The notes under the pieces were generated by a model. The model saw only the letters and a program-made list of their open reading frames with translations, did no database searches and was not told where the DNA came from. DNA of 64,000 nucleotides, from positions 9,218 through 73,217 of the forward strand of contig DAOUIZ010000037.1 of the NCBI GenBank assembly GCA_034423195.1, in the 5' to 3' direction. This stretch comes from Dehalococcoidia bacterium (GTDB lineage: Bacteria; Chloroflexota; Dehalococcoidia; Lucifugimonadales; UBA3495). This document shows, one piece after another, positions 9,168 through 19,090 of this stretch. Positions within the stretch are counted from its first letter, which is position 1; the number at the start of each line of letters is the position of its first letter. The position numbers and the translations under genes are program-made.

Positions 9168-10514
9168 CTAGAGCCGGATGTAGCCCACGTCATCCTCGAT
9201 GTTAATTTCCGTGCCGAAGGGCTTGGAAACGTCTTGCAGCCACCGCAGCGTCTGCTGGGCGATGGGCCCCTCCGCCAGCACGGGGCGTCCCCTTTGCCCT
9301 ATGGGCCGCCCGAATCCCATGTCAATGGGATGGAGCACCACTTCCCGGAGAGTGCCCCCGGCATAGTTGCAGGTGGCGACCACGCTCTGCCAGAAGACCG
9401 GGTCCGCGGCAAACGCACGATTGCCTCCTCCCGACCTGGTATCCAGGTAGTCTCCGGGGGTCTGGTCATACCCCAGCTTGAACCGCCTGTAAGCCTCGTC
9501 GGGCAGCCAGAGGACGCTCTCATTCTGGAATATGAAGTTCCCCAGGCTGTAGAAGATGGGCCGGTTCTTGTATATCTCTATGCCCCGCAGGAAGTGGGGT
9601 CCGTGCCCCGCGAAGAGGGCGCAACCCTGGTCAATGGTCCAATGGGCAAACTCGACCAGGAACTCCGGCGGGTCGAGGCGGCAGGGGCCGTGGAATTCTC
9701 CCTCCGCGCCGCTCTCGTGACAATGCACTCCGTAGACCACCCAATCGGACTGCTTCTGCGCCCCCCGGATCCATTTGCCGATGCCGTCCATGTCCTCCCG
9801 GTTCACCGAGGTCTTGACCGAGAATTCCTGGCTCAAGGTGAACTTGTTCTCCAGGAATTCCAGCTCCGAGTCATTGTGCTCCTCTTCGATTCCCCGGAAT
9901 CCGAAGGAATGGAGCGCGTCATCGTGGGCCTCGTACCCCAACTCCTGCCTCGCCTTCTGCAGGGCTTCGAAAACGTCCCTTTCCACGTGGTGGTTTATGT
10001 CATGCCGGAGGGCGTTGACCCCGGGCTTCCCGCGGAAGTCCGGCCTTCCCGGACCGGCGCGGGACGTTTCGCTGAACGTGCTGGTGGCCGACATGATCGC
10101 CACCCGGCCCCGGGGGGAGTCCACGTAGGCTGGAGAACGCGCTTCGTCAATGTCCCGTCCGCCTCCGGCATGGGGCAGGTCCACCTCCCTGCAATGTTCG
10201 AGGGTGGTCAGGAACCCGCCTTCGGAGAAGTCGAAGGAATGGTTGTTGGCCGTGGTTACGGCGTCGATGCCCATCCATTTCAGCTCTTCCAGGTTCTTGG
10301 GGTCGGAACGGGTGTATGTCGCTCCGCTCCATTGCCAGGTGTTTTCGTAGTCGTGAAACAGCATCTCCAGGTTGGCCATGCTGATGTCGGAACCTTTAAG
10401 GACGTCGACCAGCTTGAGGAACCCGGGCTCCTGGAAAGCCCGCATCCTCCGGGTGATCATTGCGTCGCCCGCAACGGTTATGGACAGGTCTCGGCGTTCT
10501 GCATCGTAGAGCAT
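9168..10514 (-). CDS. CapA (poly-gamma-glutamate synthesis)-like metallophosphoesterase-fold protein
   Basis: AGD, ANLE, ANNHSFD, GHGPH.L.GIE.YK.RPIFYSLGNF motifs. Start set to ATG 10514. Confidence 0.85.
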   Translation of the reverse strand: MLYDAERRDLSITVAGDAMITRRMRAFQEPGFLKLVDVLKGSDISMANLEMLFHDYENTWQWSGATYTRSDPKNLEELKWMGIDAVTTANNHSFDFSEGGFLTTLEHCREVDLPHAGGGRDIDEARSPAYVDSPRGRVAIMSATSTFSETSRAGPGRPDFRGKPGVNALRHDINHHVERDVFEALQKARQELGYEAHDDALHSFGFRGIEEEHNDSELEFLENKFTLSQEFSVKTSVNREDMDGIGKWIRGAQKQSDWVVYGVHCHESGAEGEFHGPCRLDPPEFLVEFAHWTIDQGCALFAGHGPHFLRGIEIYKNRPIFYSLGNFIFQNESVLWLPDEAYRRFKLGYDQTPGDYLDTRSGGGNRAFAADPVFWQSVVATCNYAGGTLREVVLHPIDMGFGRPIGQRGRPVLAEGPIAQQTLRWLQDVSKPFGTEINIEDDVGYIRL

Positions 10515-10664
10515 CGCGACTCCTTGGGGCGCCCGGCGGCGGGATTGCCCCAGTGTAGTTTGCCCCGCAAACCCAGTCAACGGCGCGAACTCCGCCGGTG
10601 TTACACTGGCAGCGAGACCTGAGGCCGGCCGCGTGAATCTCCGGCCGGCGCCGGGAGGGAGGCC

Positions 10665-11687
10665 ATGCAAGCCGGAAAATTCCCGCCGGACCTGCTCCGG
10701 AAGTTGCTCGACCGTCACGCCGGCGGAGACCCGCAGCTGTTGGTCGGACCCGCCGTGGGCGAGGATGCCGCCGTTCTGGATCCCAGCGGGGAATTGATTG
10801 TCGCAGCCAGCGATCCCATCACCTTCGCAACCAGTTCAGCGGGCTGGTATGCGGTACAGGTCAACGCCAACGACATAGCCTGCAGCGGAGGCGTTCCCCG
10901 CTGGTTCTTTCCCACCGTCCTCGTCCCCGTGGGGTTCGATGAGGACAGCGCGGCAGAGTTGTTCGACCAGATGGGCCAGGCCTGCCGGGAGTTGAACGTG
11001 GTCATCTCCGGTGGGCACAGCGAGGTCACCCTGGGGATTGACCGGCCGATCATCGCCGGTACCATGCTGGGCGTCGTGGAACGCGGCCTGATGATAAAGA
11101 CCGGGGGAGCGCAGGAAGGCGACAGCATCGTGTTGACCAAGGGTATCGCCATTGAAGGAACAGCATTGCTGGCGCAGGAATGTCCCGAATCCCTGGCCGA
11201 AGCGGGGGTCTCCCGGGAGACCATCAGCCGGGCGGCCGGGTTGCTCAACTCACCGGGGATCAGCGTGGTGGCGGACGCCGAAATAGCCCGCTCCGCCACT
11301 CAACCGAATTCGATGCACGACCCCACTGAAGGGGGACTGGCCACGGCCCTCCATGAGTTGGCCATGGCTTCCGGCCTTGGACTGGCCGTTGAAGAGGGGA
11401 GTATCCCGGTACTGCCGGAAACACAGGAGGTTTGCCAGGCCCTCGGGTTGGACCCCCTGGGTCTGCTGGCCTCCGGCGCCCTGCTGTTGACGCTGCCGGC
11501 GGCGAATGTCCCGGTCCTGCTGCGGGCATTGGAGCGGAAGGGCGTCACGGGTTGGGAAATCGGGCAGATGCTGGCCCCCGAGGAGGGACTGCTGAAAATC
11601 GGCTACGACGGGGAGATGCCCCTGCCGGAATTCTCCCGCGACGAGTTGGCCCGGTACTACTCGGAGCTGCCGGAAGGCGCTGGTTGA
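10665..11687 (+). CDS. AIR synthase-like (PurM/HypE/ThiL superfamily) protein
   Basis: GEDAAV, DPITF, NANDIA, GGHSEV and HDPTEGGL motifs. Confidence 0.85.
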   Translation: MQAGKFPPDLLRKLLDRHAGGDPQLLVGPAVGEDAAVLDPSGELIVAASDPITFATSSAGWYAVQVNANDIACSGGVPRWFFPTVLVPVGFDEDSAAELFDQMGQACRELNVVISGGHSEVTLGIDRPIIAGTMLGVVERGLMIKTGGAQEGDSIVLTKGIAIEGTALLAQECPESLAEAGVSRETISRAAGLLNSPGISVVADAEIARSATQPNSMHDPTEGGLATALHELAMASGLGLAVEEGSIPVLPETQEVCQALGLDPLGLLASGALLLTLPAANVPVLLRALERKGVTGWEIGQMLAPEEGLLKIGYDGEMPLPEFSRDELARYYSELPEGAG

Positions 11688-11710
11688 CCCCTTATGTCAA
11701 GGATTAAAGG

Positions 11711-12682
11711 TTAAGGGTTGGCCGACGCCGCACCCGAAGCTGCGGCAAGTTGCTCCAGCGTCACATTGCTCCCGGAAACAACAATCGCCACCTTCTTGCC
11801 CTTCAAGCGGTCTTTTTCCTTTAACACCCCCGCCGTTGCCGTGGCTCCCGCCCCTTCCGCCAGTGTGTGGGCCTTTTCAATCAGCAGGGCCATGGCCTCC
11901 CTGATCTGCTGGTCGCTGACCAGAACGAAGTCATCCAGCCGGTGACGGATTATTACCTGCGGCAGTTCGTATCCGACGCCGGTGGCAATACCTTCTGCAA
12001 AGGTGTTCATCGGGGCCTGGACCAGTTGCCCCTGCTTCCACGACAGGTACCCCGCCGGTGCAGCCTCGGATTGGACGGCGAACACCTGAATGTTCGGGTC
12101 CACCGCTTTCGCCACGATGCAGGCGCCGGCAACTCCGCTCCCTCCTCCGAGTGGTGCCCAGATGGCGTCCACGTCGGGGAGGTCTTCAATTATTTCAAGG
12201 GCAGCGGTCGCCACTCCTGTTATAAGGAGGGGCTCGTCCGATGGGTGGACAAACCGGTAGCCCTCCTCGTTGGCCAGTCGCTCAGCGTAGGCCCGGGTCT
12301 CATCGTACATCTTCCCGTGGTAGACCAGTTCCGCCCCCAATCGCTGGATCGCGGCGGCTTTCAATGGGTTGGCGCCTTCCGGGAGCGCGATCAACGCCCT
12401 CGCCCCGAAGTGCCGGCACGCGCTGGCGATGGACTGCCCGTGGTTTCCCGTCGAAGCGGTAATCACTCCCCGGTCCCGTTCTTCCTGCGTGAGATGGGCC
12501 AGCAGGTTGATTCCCCCGCGCTGCTTGAAAGCCCCCAGGGGGAGGTATTCCTCATGCTTCAGGTAAATGTCGGCTTCCATTAGCTGACTCAGCCCTTCCG
12601 AGCAGGTCAACGGAGTCCTGGGCAAATGTCGGCCTATCAGCCTCTTGGCGGCGTAAACGTCGCGCAGCGTGGGGATTTCCAT
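11711..12682 (-). CDS. PLP-dependent threonine/serine dehydratase
   Basis: LKHE...GAFKQRG (PLP Lys), STGNHG, PLGGGSG, AEGAGA motifs. No ACT domain. Confidence 0.88.
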   Translation of the reverse strand: MEIPTLRDVYAAKRLIGRHLPRTPLTCSEGLSQLMEADIYLKHEEYLPLGAFKQRGGINLLAHLTQEERDRGVITASTGNHGQSIASACRHFGARALIALPEGANPLKAAAIQRLGAELVYHGKMYDETRAYAERLANEEGYRFVHPSDEPLLITGVATAALEIIEDLPDVDAIWAPLGGGSGVAGACIVAKAVDPNIQVFAVQSEAAPAGYLSWKQGQLVQAPMNTFAEGIATGVGYELPQVIIRHRLDDFVLVSDQQIREAMALLIEKAHTLAEGAGATATAGVLKEKDRLKGKKVAIVVSGSNVTLEQLAAASGAASANP

Positions 12683-13369
12683 TGGTTCACCTCTGCAAGA
12701 ACTGGCTGGACGGCACGGAAAACCCCGGAATCGGGTTCCAATGGTCCTGGACACCCATTCTAACCGGAAGCGCCCTGTATCGCCTCTTCCCGCGTGATCC
12801 ATCGGGTTTCGGGCTGGCGGAACGACCCACCGAGCAACCGGCACGGCCCGAGACACAGACTACACTCTTGCTACATTAGTATCCGCACGGCGGTAATACC
12901 GCCAGGTACATTTGCACGATTACACTACACTCTCTAAATACATTACACGCTTTAAGTGGTGCTTCTACATTCTGCCGCATGTAATTGAGATGTAATAAGC
13001 CACTGCATTACTTCATGCCACCGAATTGGTAATGCAATTACCCCCCGGGAAATGTACGACATGAGCTGTTGCACTGATCACCCTGCCGCTCTCCGAGCTA
13101 GTGGAGTGTTGCACTCGGAGCGCGTGGCCGGTACCCGGCTCGGTCCACGCGGCGGCAGCCATTTCCGTCGCTCCTGGGCCTTCCCCCAGTTCGGGCGCGG
13201 CAGCCTGGTTGTCCGGCAATATCCACATGGAAGCCCCCACACGGGGAATTTCAGAAGGCTTCTGAAAAATCGGTCTGGGAGGACTCATTTCCCTTATCAG
13301 GGGTCAAAAGAGGCCACACAGGGGCCCCTCTGGCTCTCCCCTTCTGTTCTGGTAATTTCTTAAATAAAT

Positions 13370-13421
13370 ATAAAAGAAAATATGGCCAAGTATTGACAAA
13401 AGCGTAAGTTGGTGGTACCAT
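13370..13421 (+). promoter_or_regulatory. Sigma70-type promoter with UP element
   Basis: TTGACA (13393-13398), 17-bp spacer, TG-extended TACCAT (13416-13421), preceded by an A/T-rich tract. Confidence 0.75.
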
Positions 13422-13501
13422 CCCCTGCACTACGGTATTTCCGGTTTGTACACTCAAAAGTGGATTACTCTTATTCGTTTGCACACATAGGAGGAACGGA
13501 C

Positions 13502-13726
13502 GTGGCCCGCAAGACGAAGCTAATGCAACGTGTAGAAGATGAGCACCAGCGCCCGTTGGAAAAACTTTTACCCGAAATGGTCAACGACATCGGACTCTCC
13601 GCTACCGCTGATACATTGGGTGTAAGTAAAGCTACACTGGGGTACTGGCTCCTGAAGCTGGGGATAAGTGTAAGGCGCGTCGCGCTGGCCCCGGGAGAGA
13701 CCCTGGAGGTCAAGCGGGCCAGCTGA
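13502..13726 (+). CDS. Small HTH DNA-binding protein, 74 aa
   Basis: RBS GGAGG then GTG. GLSATADTLGVSKATLGYWL is a classic HTH. Confidence 0.8.
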   Translation: MARKTKLMQRVEDEHQRPLEKLLPEMVNDIGLSATADTLGVSKATLGYWLLKLGISVRRVALAPGETLEVKRAS

Positions 13727-13840
13727 CACCTGTCGCAATGTCCCGGCGCCCGGGGATCCCGTCTGGCGGCGGGTTATCCCAATCGGGGCCCAAAATCGGA
13801 GAAAATTCGGCGGGAAGGGTCTCAGGTACCCCTCCCAACC

Positions 13841-13873
13841 AAAAAGAGGCGGTTTTGCCGCCTCTTTCTTTTG
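13841..13873. terminator. Bidirectional intrinsic terminator
   Basis: AAAAAGAGGCGG-TTTTG-CCGCCTCTTTCTTTT between convergent genes. Confidence 0.8.
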
Positions 13874-13919
13874 CCCGTTCCTATGTGCCCCGAGAGCCAC
13901 TCACCTCGGGGATTGCGGG

Positions 13920-15029
13920 TCAACCCTGGAAAATGTCTTCGGGAAGGAACGCAGACACCGTGACGTTGGGCAGGTCCACTGCGTTGCTTATCTTCAAGTC
14001 CACCGCCACGCTGCATATTACGTAGGCCTGCTCCCGAGTCCAGCCCCTTTCCTGGAGCAGGTCTATCATGTTGAGCAACGCATTGCGGGCTGCCAGCGTC
14101 AGGTCCTCTCCCTCCTGGGTGCCGTCGGCCCTGATCGGCATTCCCATGGTGGCGATGAAGTTCCGTGGCGCAGCCCATTCCGAAGCCAGGAAATAGCCGG
14201 GATGGGAGTAGCGGGGAAAGGTGATGCCCCTGGCCTCGGCAACTCCCTTATGTAATTGAAACTTCACGACCGCCGTGGCGCCCATTTCGATGGCGGTGAT
14301 ACAGCACTCGGAGTCACCCTGGGCGAAGTGTCCGTCCCCCGCCGAGTACAAGGCCCCTGGAACGTTGACGGGAATAAACAGCTTCGACCCCGTCGTCAGT
14401 TGCTTGGCATCCACGTTCCCGCAGTTTTCCCGGGGCGGAAGAGTCCGCAGCCCTTCGTTGGCGATGGCCCCTCCTGTCGGAACAGCATCCTCCGGGTCGG
14501 GTGGGAATGCGATGCCGCCCCGCCGGACCAGGTCTGCTTCCCGGGCGGCCCACTGGGACAGCTGTTCATGGGATGGGGCGATGCCGGCGGTGCCCATGAA
14601 GGAGCCGTTGGGAATGCGGACACCGGGTAATTGAGGCGAGGTCGCCCAGTCCCCATCTATCTCCCAGTGGACGAGGTAAGGTTCCTGGAAATAATCGCGC
14701 AGGAACCCAGCCCCGGGGCGGTTCCGTGTCCAACCGTGGGGCTGGGGGGTTATGTCAACATACTCGATTTCGAGGAGGTCCCCCGGTTCCGCTCCTGTCA
14801 CATAGACCGGCCCCGTCAGCGGGTGGGCGACCTTGGAATCCAGCCCGACCAGATCATCGACGGTCATTCCGGGCTGAATCTGGCAATCGGAAGCGTCTCT
14901 CGTCTCCAGGAGCGTTTCTTCGCCCGGTTCCACTTCCAGGACCGGAGGAATATCCGGGTGCCAGCGATTATGGCCCTTCCCCGGCTCATCCTTGAGGCGC
15001 TTGCTTCGGTCGATGGTGATGCTCTTCAT
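13920..15029 (-). CDS. Acetamidase/formamidase family protein
   Basis: GHNRWHPDIPP, HPLTGP, PPRENCGNVD and GDGHFAQGDSE motifs. Confidence 0.92.
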   Translation of the reverse strand: MKSITIDRSKRLKDEPGKGHNRWHPDIPPVLEVEPGEETLLETRDASDCQIQPGMTVDDLVGLDSKVAHPLTGPVYVTGAEPGDLLEIEYVDITPQPHGWTRNRPGAGFLRDYFQEPYLVHWEIDGDWATSPQLPGVRIPNGSFMGTAGIAPSHEQLSQWAAREADLVRRGGIAFPPDPEDAVPTGGAIANEGLRTLPPRENCGNVDAKQLTTGSKLFIPVNVPGALYSAGDGHFAQGDSECCITAIEMGATAVVKFQLHKGVAEARGITFPRYSHPGYFLASEWAAPRNFIATMGMPIRADGTQEGEDLTLAARNALLNMIDLLQERGWTREQAYVICSVAVDLKISNAVDLPNVTVSAFLPEDIFQG

Positions 15030-15151
15030 GGCGAAACGGCATGTCCTTTGTTTGTAGCTAAAAGCGTTTCAATGTCGGCCGTGCCAAGGGCCTAAAAGCG
15101 GTGGGGACTAATGCTGGCAGGGTGTATGAAAATACCCACTCACCATCCGGT

Positions 15152-15198
15152 CCTCCCCGCACAGGCGGGGGTTGCCTTTGCGGCAGCGGCGGATTCGC
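15152..15198 (+). repeat. Partial (right-half) copy of the ~100-bp structured element
   Basis: CCCCGCACAGGCGGGGGTTGCCTTTGCGGCAGCGGCGGATTCGCAA aligns to the 3' half of 50541-50644. Confidence 0.6.
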
Positions 15199-15322
15199 AA
15201 TAAAGAATCTAGCGGGCTAACAGCTTTGTATTGGTTGGCCTTTAATAGCAGAAATCCAGGTTTAACCATCGCGGGACGCCCGCCCCTTTTGTGCGGTTGC
15301 CACGGGGTTGCCGCCGCCCCGG

Positions 15323-16288
15323 CTATTCCGGGGTTACCAGGGACTCGGCCTCCTGTCCCGACAGTACGCGGAGGATATTGCCGTAGGCGAAGTGCGCTGC
15401 CCGCAGGGCCGTCTCCTGGCTCTGACCGGCCATGTGTGGGGTGATGATCACGTTGTTCAGTTCGAACAGGGGATTGTCGGCGGGCGTGGGCTCCACTTCC
15501 AGAACGTCCAGTGCGGCACCGGCAATCTTCCCCTCGGTCAGGGCGCCGTACAACGCTGCCTCGTCCACCACTGGCCCGCGACAGAGGTTAATCAGGAACG
15601 CCGTCTCCTTCATCATGTCGAATTCCCGGTCCGACATCATGCCCCGGGTTCGCCGGGTGAGGGGAACATGGAGGCTGACGATGTCCGAGGTCGCCAGCAA
15701 TTCGTCAAAGGAGACAGGCGACGCCTTTACCTCGCGCTGAACATCTTCTGGAATATCCTCCACGTCGTAAAAGATGGTCCGCGTATCGAACCCGGTGAGC
15801 CGCTTGGCCACATGCCTTCCTATGCGTCCCAATCCCACGATACCCACCGTCTTGTCGGTAACTTCCGACAGGTCGGTCTGGTAGAGGTTGCTTCGCCACT
15901 CCCGCCGCCGGGTGGTGCTGTCCCATTGCGCCATCAGGTTCCGCTTGATGCCGATCATCAGGGCAATGGTCTGCTCTGACACCGAAATGGCGTTGGCGCC
16001 GCCGTTGTTGGCCACGGGTATGCCCATTTCAAGAATGGCTTCCAGGTCCAGCCGGTCGTAGCCCGCACTCAGGGTCTGGATCAGCTTTACCCGGGAGCAC
16101 TCTTGTAGCACGTTGGTGCTTACGTCGCTGGTGATGAGCGCGTCGGCGTCGCGGCAAAGATCGATCTTTTCCGACTCCGACAGAGCCGGGTCCACCACCG
16201 TCACCTCGATTTCGTCCGGCGCCTGCTCAAGCATGGTGGAAGGGCGTCCGCCAACGCCGCTGAAATAGGCTACTTTCCAGGTGGCCAT
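15323..16288 (-). CDS. D-2-hydroxyacid dehydrogenase family protein
   Basis: GIVGLGRIG, SLHVPLT, INLCRG, LDVLEVEP and TPHMAG motifs. RBS GGAGG before ATG 16288. Confidence 0.92.
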   Translation of the reverse strand: MATWKVAYFSGVGGRPSTMLEQAPDEIEVTVVDPALSESEKIDLCRDADALITSDVSTNVLQECSRVKLIQTLSAGYDRLDLEAILEMGIPVANNGGANAISVSEQTIALMIGIKRNLMAQWDSTTRRREWRSNLYQTDLSEVTDKTVGIVGLGRIGRHVAKRLTGFDTRTIFYDVEDIPEDVQREVKASPVSFDELLATSDIVSLHVPLTRRTRGMMSDREFDMMKETAFLINLCRGPVVDEAALYGALTEGKIAGAALDVLEVEPTPADNPLFELNNVIITPHMAGQSQETALRAAHFAYGNILRVLSGQEAESLVTPE

Positions 16289-16747
16289 CTGATCGCCTCC
16301 TCCACGTGCGGTGCTGAATCCTGTACCTTTGGCTCCTTGCTGTACATCGCGGCAACTGCTGAAAGGGTACTGCAGCACGAGTCAGAGCCTCGCGGCAAGG
16401 GTATAACAACAACGGTATCGCGGCAAGGGTTAGCGTAGCTCGGCAAGGCCCGTGACCCCCGCCGCCAGACCTGGCGCCGGGGCCAGGTTTGAGGTTCGCC
16501 CGTCTCGGGAATTGCCATGTCCTTGAACAGGCCACAAGGAAATGAAAATTGGAAGCCAAGCGGCGCAGGAAGGATCGTCATCGGAGCCGTAAGTCGTAGG
16601 CGAATTTCCCTGTTGTCATAGTAGCGATGGCTGGTGGCCATCGCCCCCGTGCCGGTAGTGGTCCAACGACCCTGGACTAATGGGGTTACTTTCCCAAGTC
16701 GCCCGCGTATCTAAAGAGGGTGTTCGACGAACACCAGGTTGCCATCC

Positions 16748-16808
16748 CGTCATTCCCGCACAGGGCCTGCCCCCGCGTAGGTGTAGGCGGGGGCGGGACG
16801 GCAATCCA
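16748..16808 (+). repeat. CGTC-tagged REP-like palindrome with loop insertion
   Basis: CGTCATTCCCGC-ACAG-[GGCCTGCCCCCGCGTAGGTGTAGGCGGG]-GGCGGGA...ATCCA. Confidence 0.75.
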
Positions 16809-16879
16809 AGCCGCCGATTTCGAAAGGCCCCCGGCTCCGAGGTTGCCATTCTTGCCCGTGGACCGGGGCGGCCTGAAGC

Positions 16880-18568
16880 CTAGTCCACCGACCAATCGTC
16901 CGGCAGTTCGGGGGTCCGCATGGGCTTGATCATGACTTCCACCAGGGCGGCCTGTCCTTCTTCCGTCGTACGGATGGCCCTCTGGAACGCCGGCAGGATT
17001 TCCGACGGCTCCTCCACCCGCTCCGAGTATGCTCCCAAGCCCCGGGCAACTTCGCTGAAGTTGCCGCCCAGTTGGGCAACGGTCGGCGGCGTGCCGCCCG
17101 GCCGGTCCATTCCCATCATGCCTCCGCCGATGCCGCCGTTGTTTATCACCACGGTGAGAGTGGGCAGGTTCATTCGGACGGCGGTCTCGATTTCCATGCC
17201 GGTCATGCCGAAGGAAGCGTCGCCCAACAGGTGAACAACCAGGCGGTCAGGGTGGGCCAGCTTGGCCCCAATGGCGGCTCCCAGGGACCATCCCATGGGC
17301 GCCATCCCTCCCATGGCCACGAAGCTATGCGGAATGGTGGAAACCCAGAAGGGCGTTATGTAACCCCGGCTCCCTCCCGCGTCATGGAGGGCGATAGTTC
17401 TGGTCGGGTCCACCGCCCGCATCAAATCATGGACGACCCGGTAGCCGTTGGTCGGCTTGGACTCGTCCGTAAAGATTGGCATCCACTCCGCCAGCCACTT
17501 TGCTTTGGCTCGAGCGATTTCGCCGACAACTTCTTCCTTGATTCCCCCGCTTTGGGAGCCCAGCCTTTCCCGCACCGCATCAATGAGGGCTCGAAGCGCC
17601 AGCTTGGCATCCGCGAGAATCGGCACATCGGCCTGGTATTGCTTGTTCAGGTCCTTCTCATCCGCGTTGATATGGATGAGCTTGACGCCTTCGGGAATCG
17701 GGCGCCCGTCGGTACCGTTGGGCAGCCGGAAGGAGTTCCCCACGGCGAGGACCGCGTCGGTCTGGCGGTTCATGTGCAGCGCCGGGCCGGAGGCATACCG
17801 GCTGCGGGGGTAGACCCCGCCGCCCAGCGACAGGGGATGGTCTTCGGGAAACACGCTTTTTCCCAGCAGGGTGGTGGCCACCGGCATGGAAAGCAACTCG
17901 GCCAGCTCGCGGACCTCCTCGGCGGCTCCTCCGCCGAGGGCTCCCCCGCCGGCATTTAATATAGGAAGCCTCGCGTTCACGAGAATGTCGGCTGCTCTTT
18001 CAATGTCCCGGGCGTCGGGGGCTGCTTTGCGGCCTTCGCCCACCGCTTCGTACTGCAAAACAGCGTCGTCGGCTTCCGCATTCAGGACATCCTGCGGCAT
18101 CTCCAGTACAACTGGCCCGGGCGACCCGGAGCGCAGAGCGGTGAAAGCCCGCCGCATGATTCCCGGGATTTCGTCGGGCCGGGTGAACGTCCCCTTCCAT
18201 TTCACCAGGGAGTCAAAGATGCTGGAGGACACCTCCTGCTGGTACTCTTTACCCAGGTTCCGAAGCGGATGTTGGCCCATGAGCAGGAGCACCGGCACGT
18301 TGTCGGCGAAACAGCTCGCGATTCCGGTGAGAGTGTTCGTCGCCCCCGGGCCGGTGCCGGTCATGGCCACCGCGACCTGCCCCGTTGCCCTCGAATAGCC
18401 ATCCGCAACTTCCACCCCCAGCCGCTCATGCCGTGTGGCGAAAGCGGTGATGGTGTCCGACTCGCGGAGCGCCGGCCATAATGGCGCCAGGCCGCCACCG
18501 GAGAACCCGGTTATGTAACGTATCCCTTCCTTTTCCAACGCATGGACAACCGCATCTCCGCCGCGCAT
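16880..18568 (-). CDS. ThDP-dependent enzyme, acetolactate-synthase-like (paralog 1)
   Basis: RHE catalytic Glu, GPGATN, and GDASFGM...INNGG ThDP motif. Confidence 0.92.
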   Translation of the reverse strand: MRGGDAVVHALEKEGIRYITGFSGGGLAPLWPALRESDTITAFATRHERLGVEVADGYSRATGQVAVAMTGTGPGATNTLTGIASCFADNVPVLLLMGQHPLRNLGKEYQQEVSSSIFDSLVKWKGTFTRPDEIPGIMRRAFTALRSGSPGPVVLEMPQDVLNAEADDAVLQYEAVGEGRKAAPDARDIERAADILVNARLPILNAGGGALGGGAAEEVRELAELLSMPVATTLLGKSVFPEDHPLSLGGGVYPRSRYASGPALHMNRQTDAVLAVGNSFRLPNGTDGRPIPEGVKLIHINADEKDLNKQYQADVPILADAKLALRALIDAVRERLGSQSGGIKEEVVGEIARAKAKWLAEWMPIFTDESKPTNGYRVVHDLMRAVDPTRTIALHDAGGSRGYITPFWVSTIPHSFVAMGGMAPMGWSLGAAIGAKLAHPDRLVVHLLGDASFGMTGMEIETAVRMNLPTLTVVINNGGIGGGMMGMDRPGGTPPTVAQLGGNFSEVARGLGAYSERVEEPSEILPAFQRAIRTTEEGQAALVEVMIKPMRTPELPDDWSVD

Positions 18569-19090
18569 AACGCCTCCTTCGATCTGGCAATGGATCGGGA
18601 ACCGGCATTTGCTTCCCCGCTGGACTAAGTTGGAAAGTCAACGCAAGTCCGCTGAACACAGGCGGGGGAATTGGGGCGATTCTAAGGGAGTTGAGGTTGA
18701 GGGTCAACGCCGGACAGTATGCACCTCGACCGGCCTTCCCGGCCAAGGGCAGCCCAGCGTCCCGGCAAGTATCAGAAAGTTGTCGCCCATAATCCGGTAG
18801 TGTATACTCCCGCCAATTTCCCGGTCAGGACAATTTTTCGGTTCTCAGCCTGACTCCCATGTCTGGATTTCTACAACCCTGCGGCATCGTAATTTCAGAT
18901 ACTCACCGGGCATTTCCCCGGATGGTGTCTCATTATTAAACGCTCCCCGAGGAGCGGCGCCCGGCAGGAATTCCTCCCGCTGGCCGGGAAGTATAGGCAA
19001 ACCGGGATGCGCCCTTTATACTGTCGCTCGAAAACCGCCCAGCACGCCACGGCTGACTTCAAACCATAACCAATTAGCGAGGGAATCTCC

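Noticed and set aside
10665-11687. Selenophosphate synthetase SelD, given selC in the window
   Set aside because: Lacks the N-terminal Cys/Sec-x-x-Lys motif; fits the generic AIR-synthase-like family.
13221-13230. oriC/DnaA box (ATATCCACA)
   Set aside because: Single mismatched box; no cluster and no dnaA/dnaN nearby.
16310-16380. c-di-AMP (ydaO) riboswitch from GCTGAATCC
   Set aside because: Wrong strand relative to the downstream gene, and the other conserved blocks are absent.
16517-16621. 34-aa plus-strand ORF MSLNRPQGNENWKPSGAGRIVIGAVSRRRISLLS
   Set aside because: No RBS or recognisable motif; cannot be supported.
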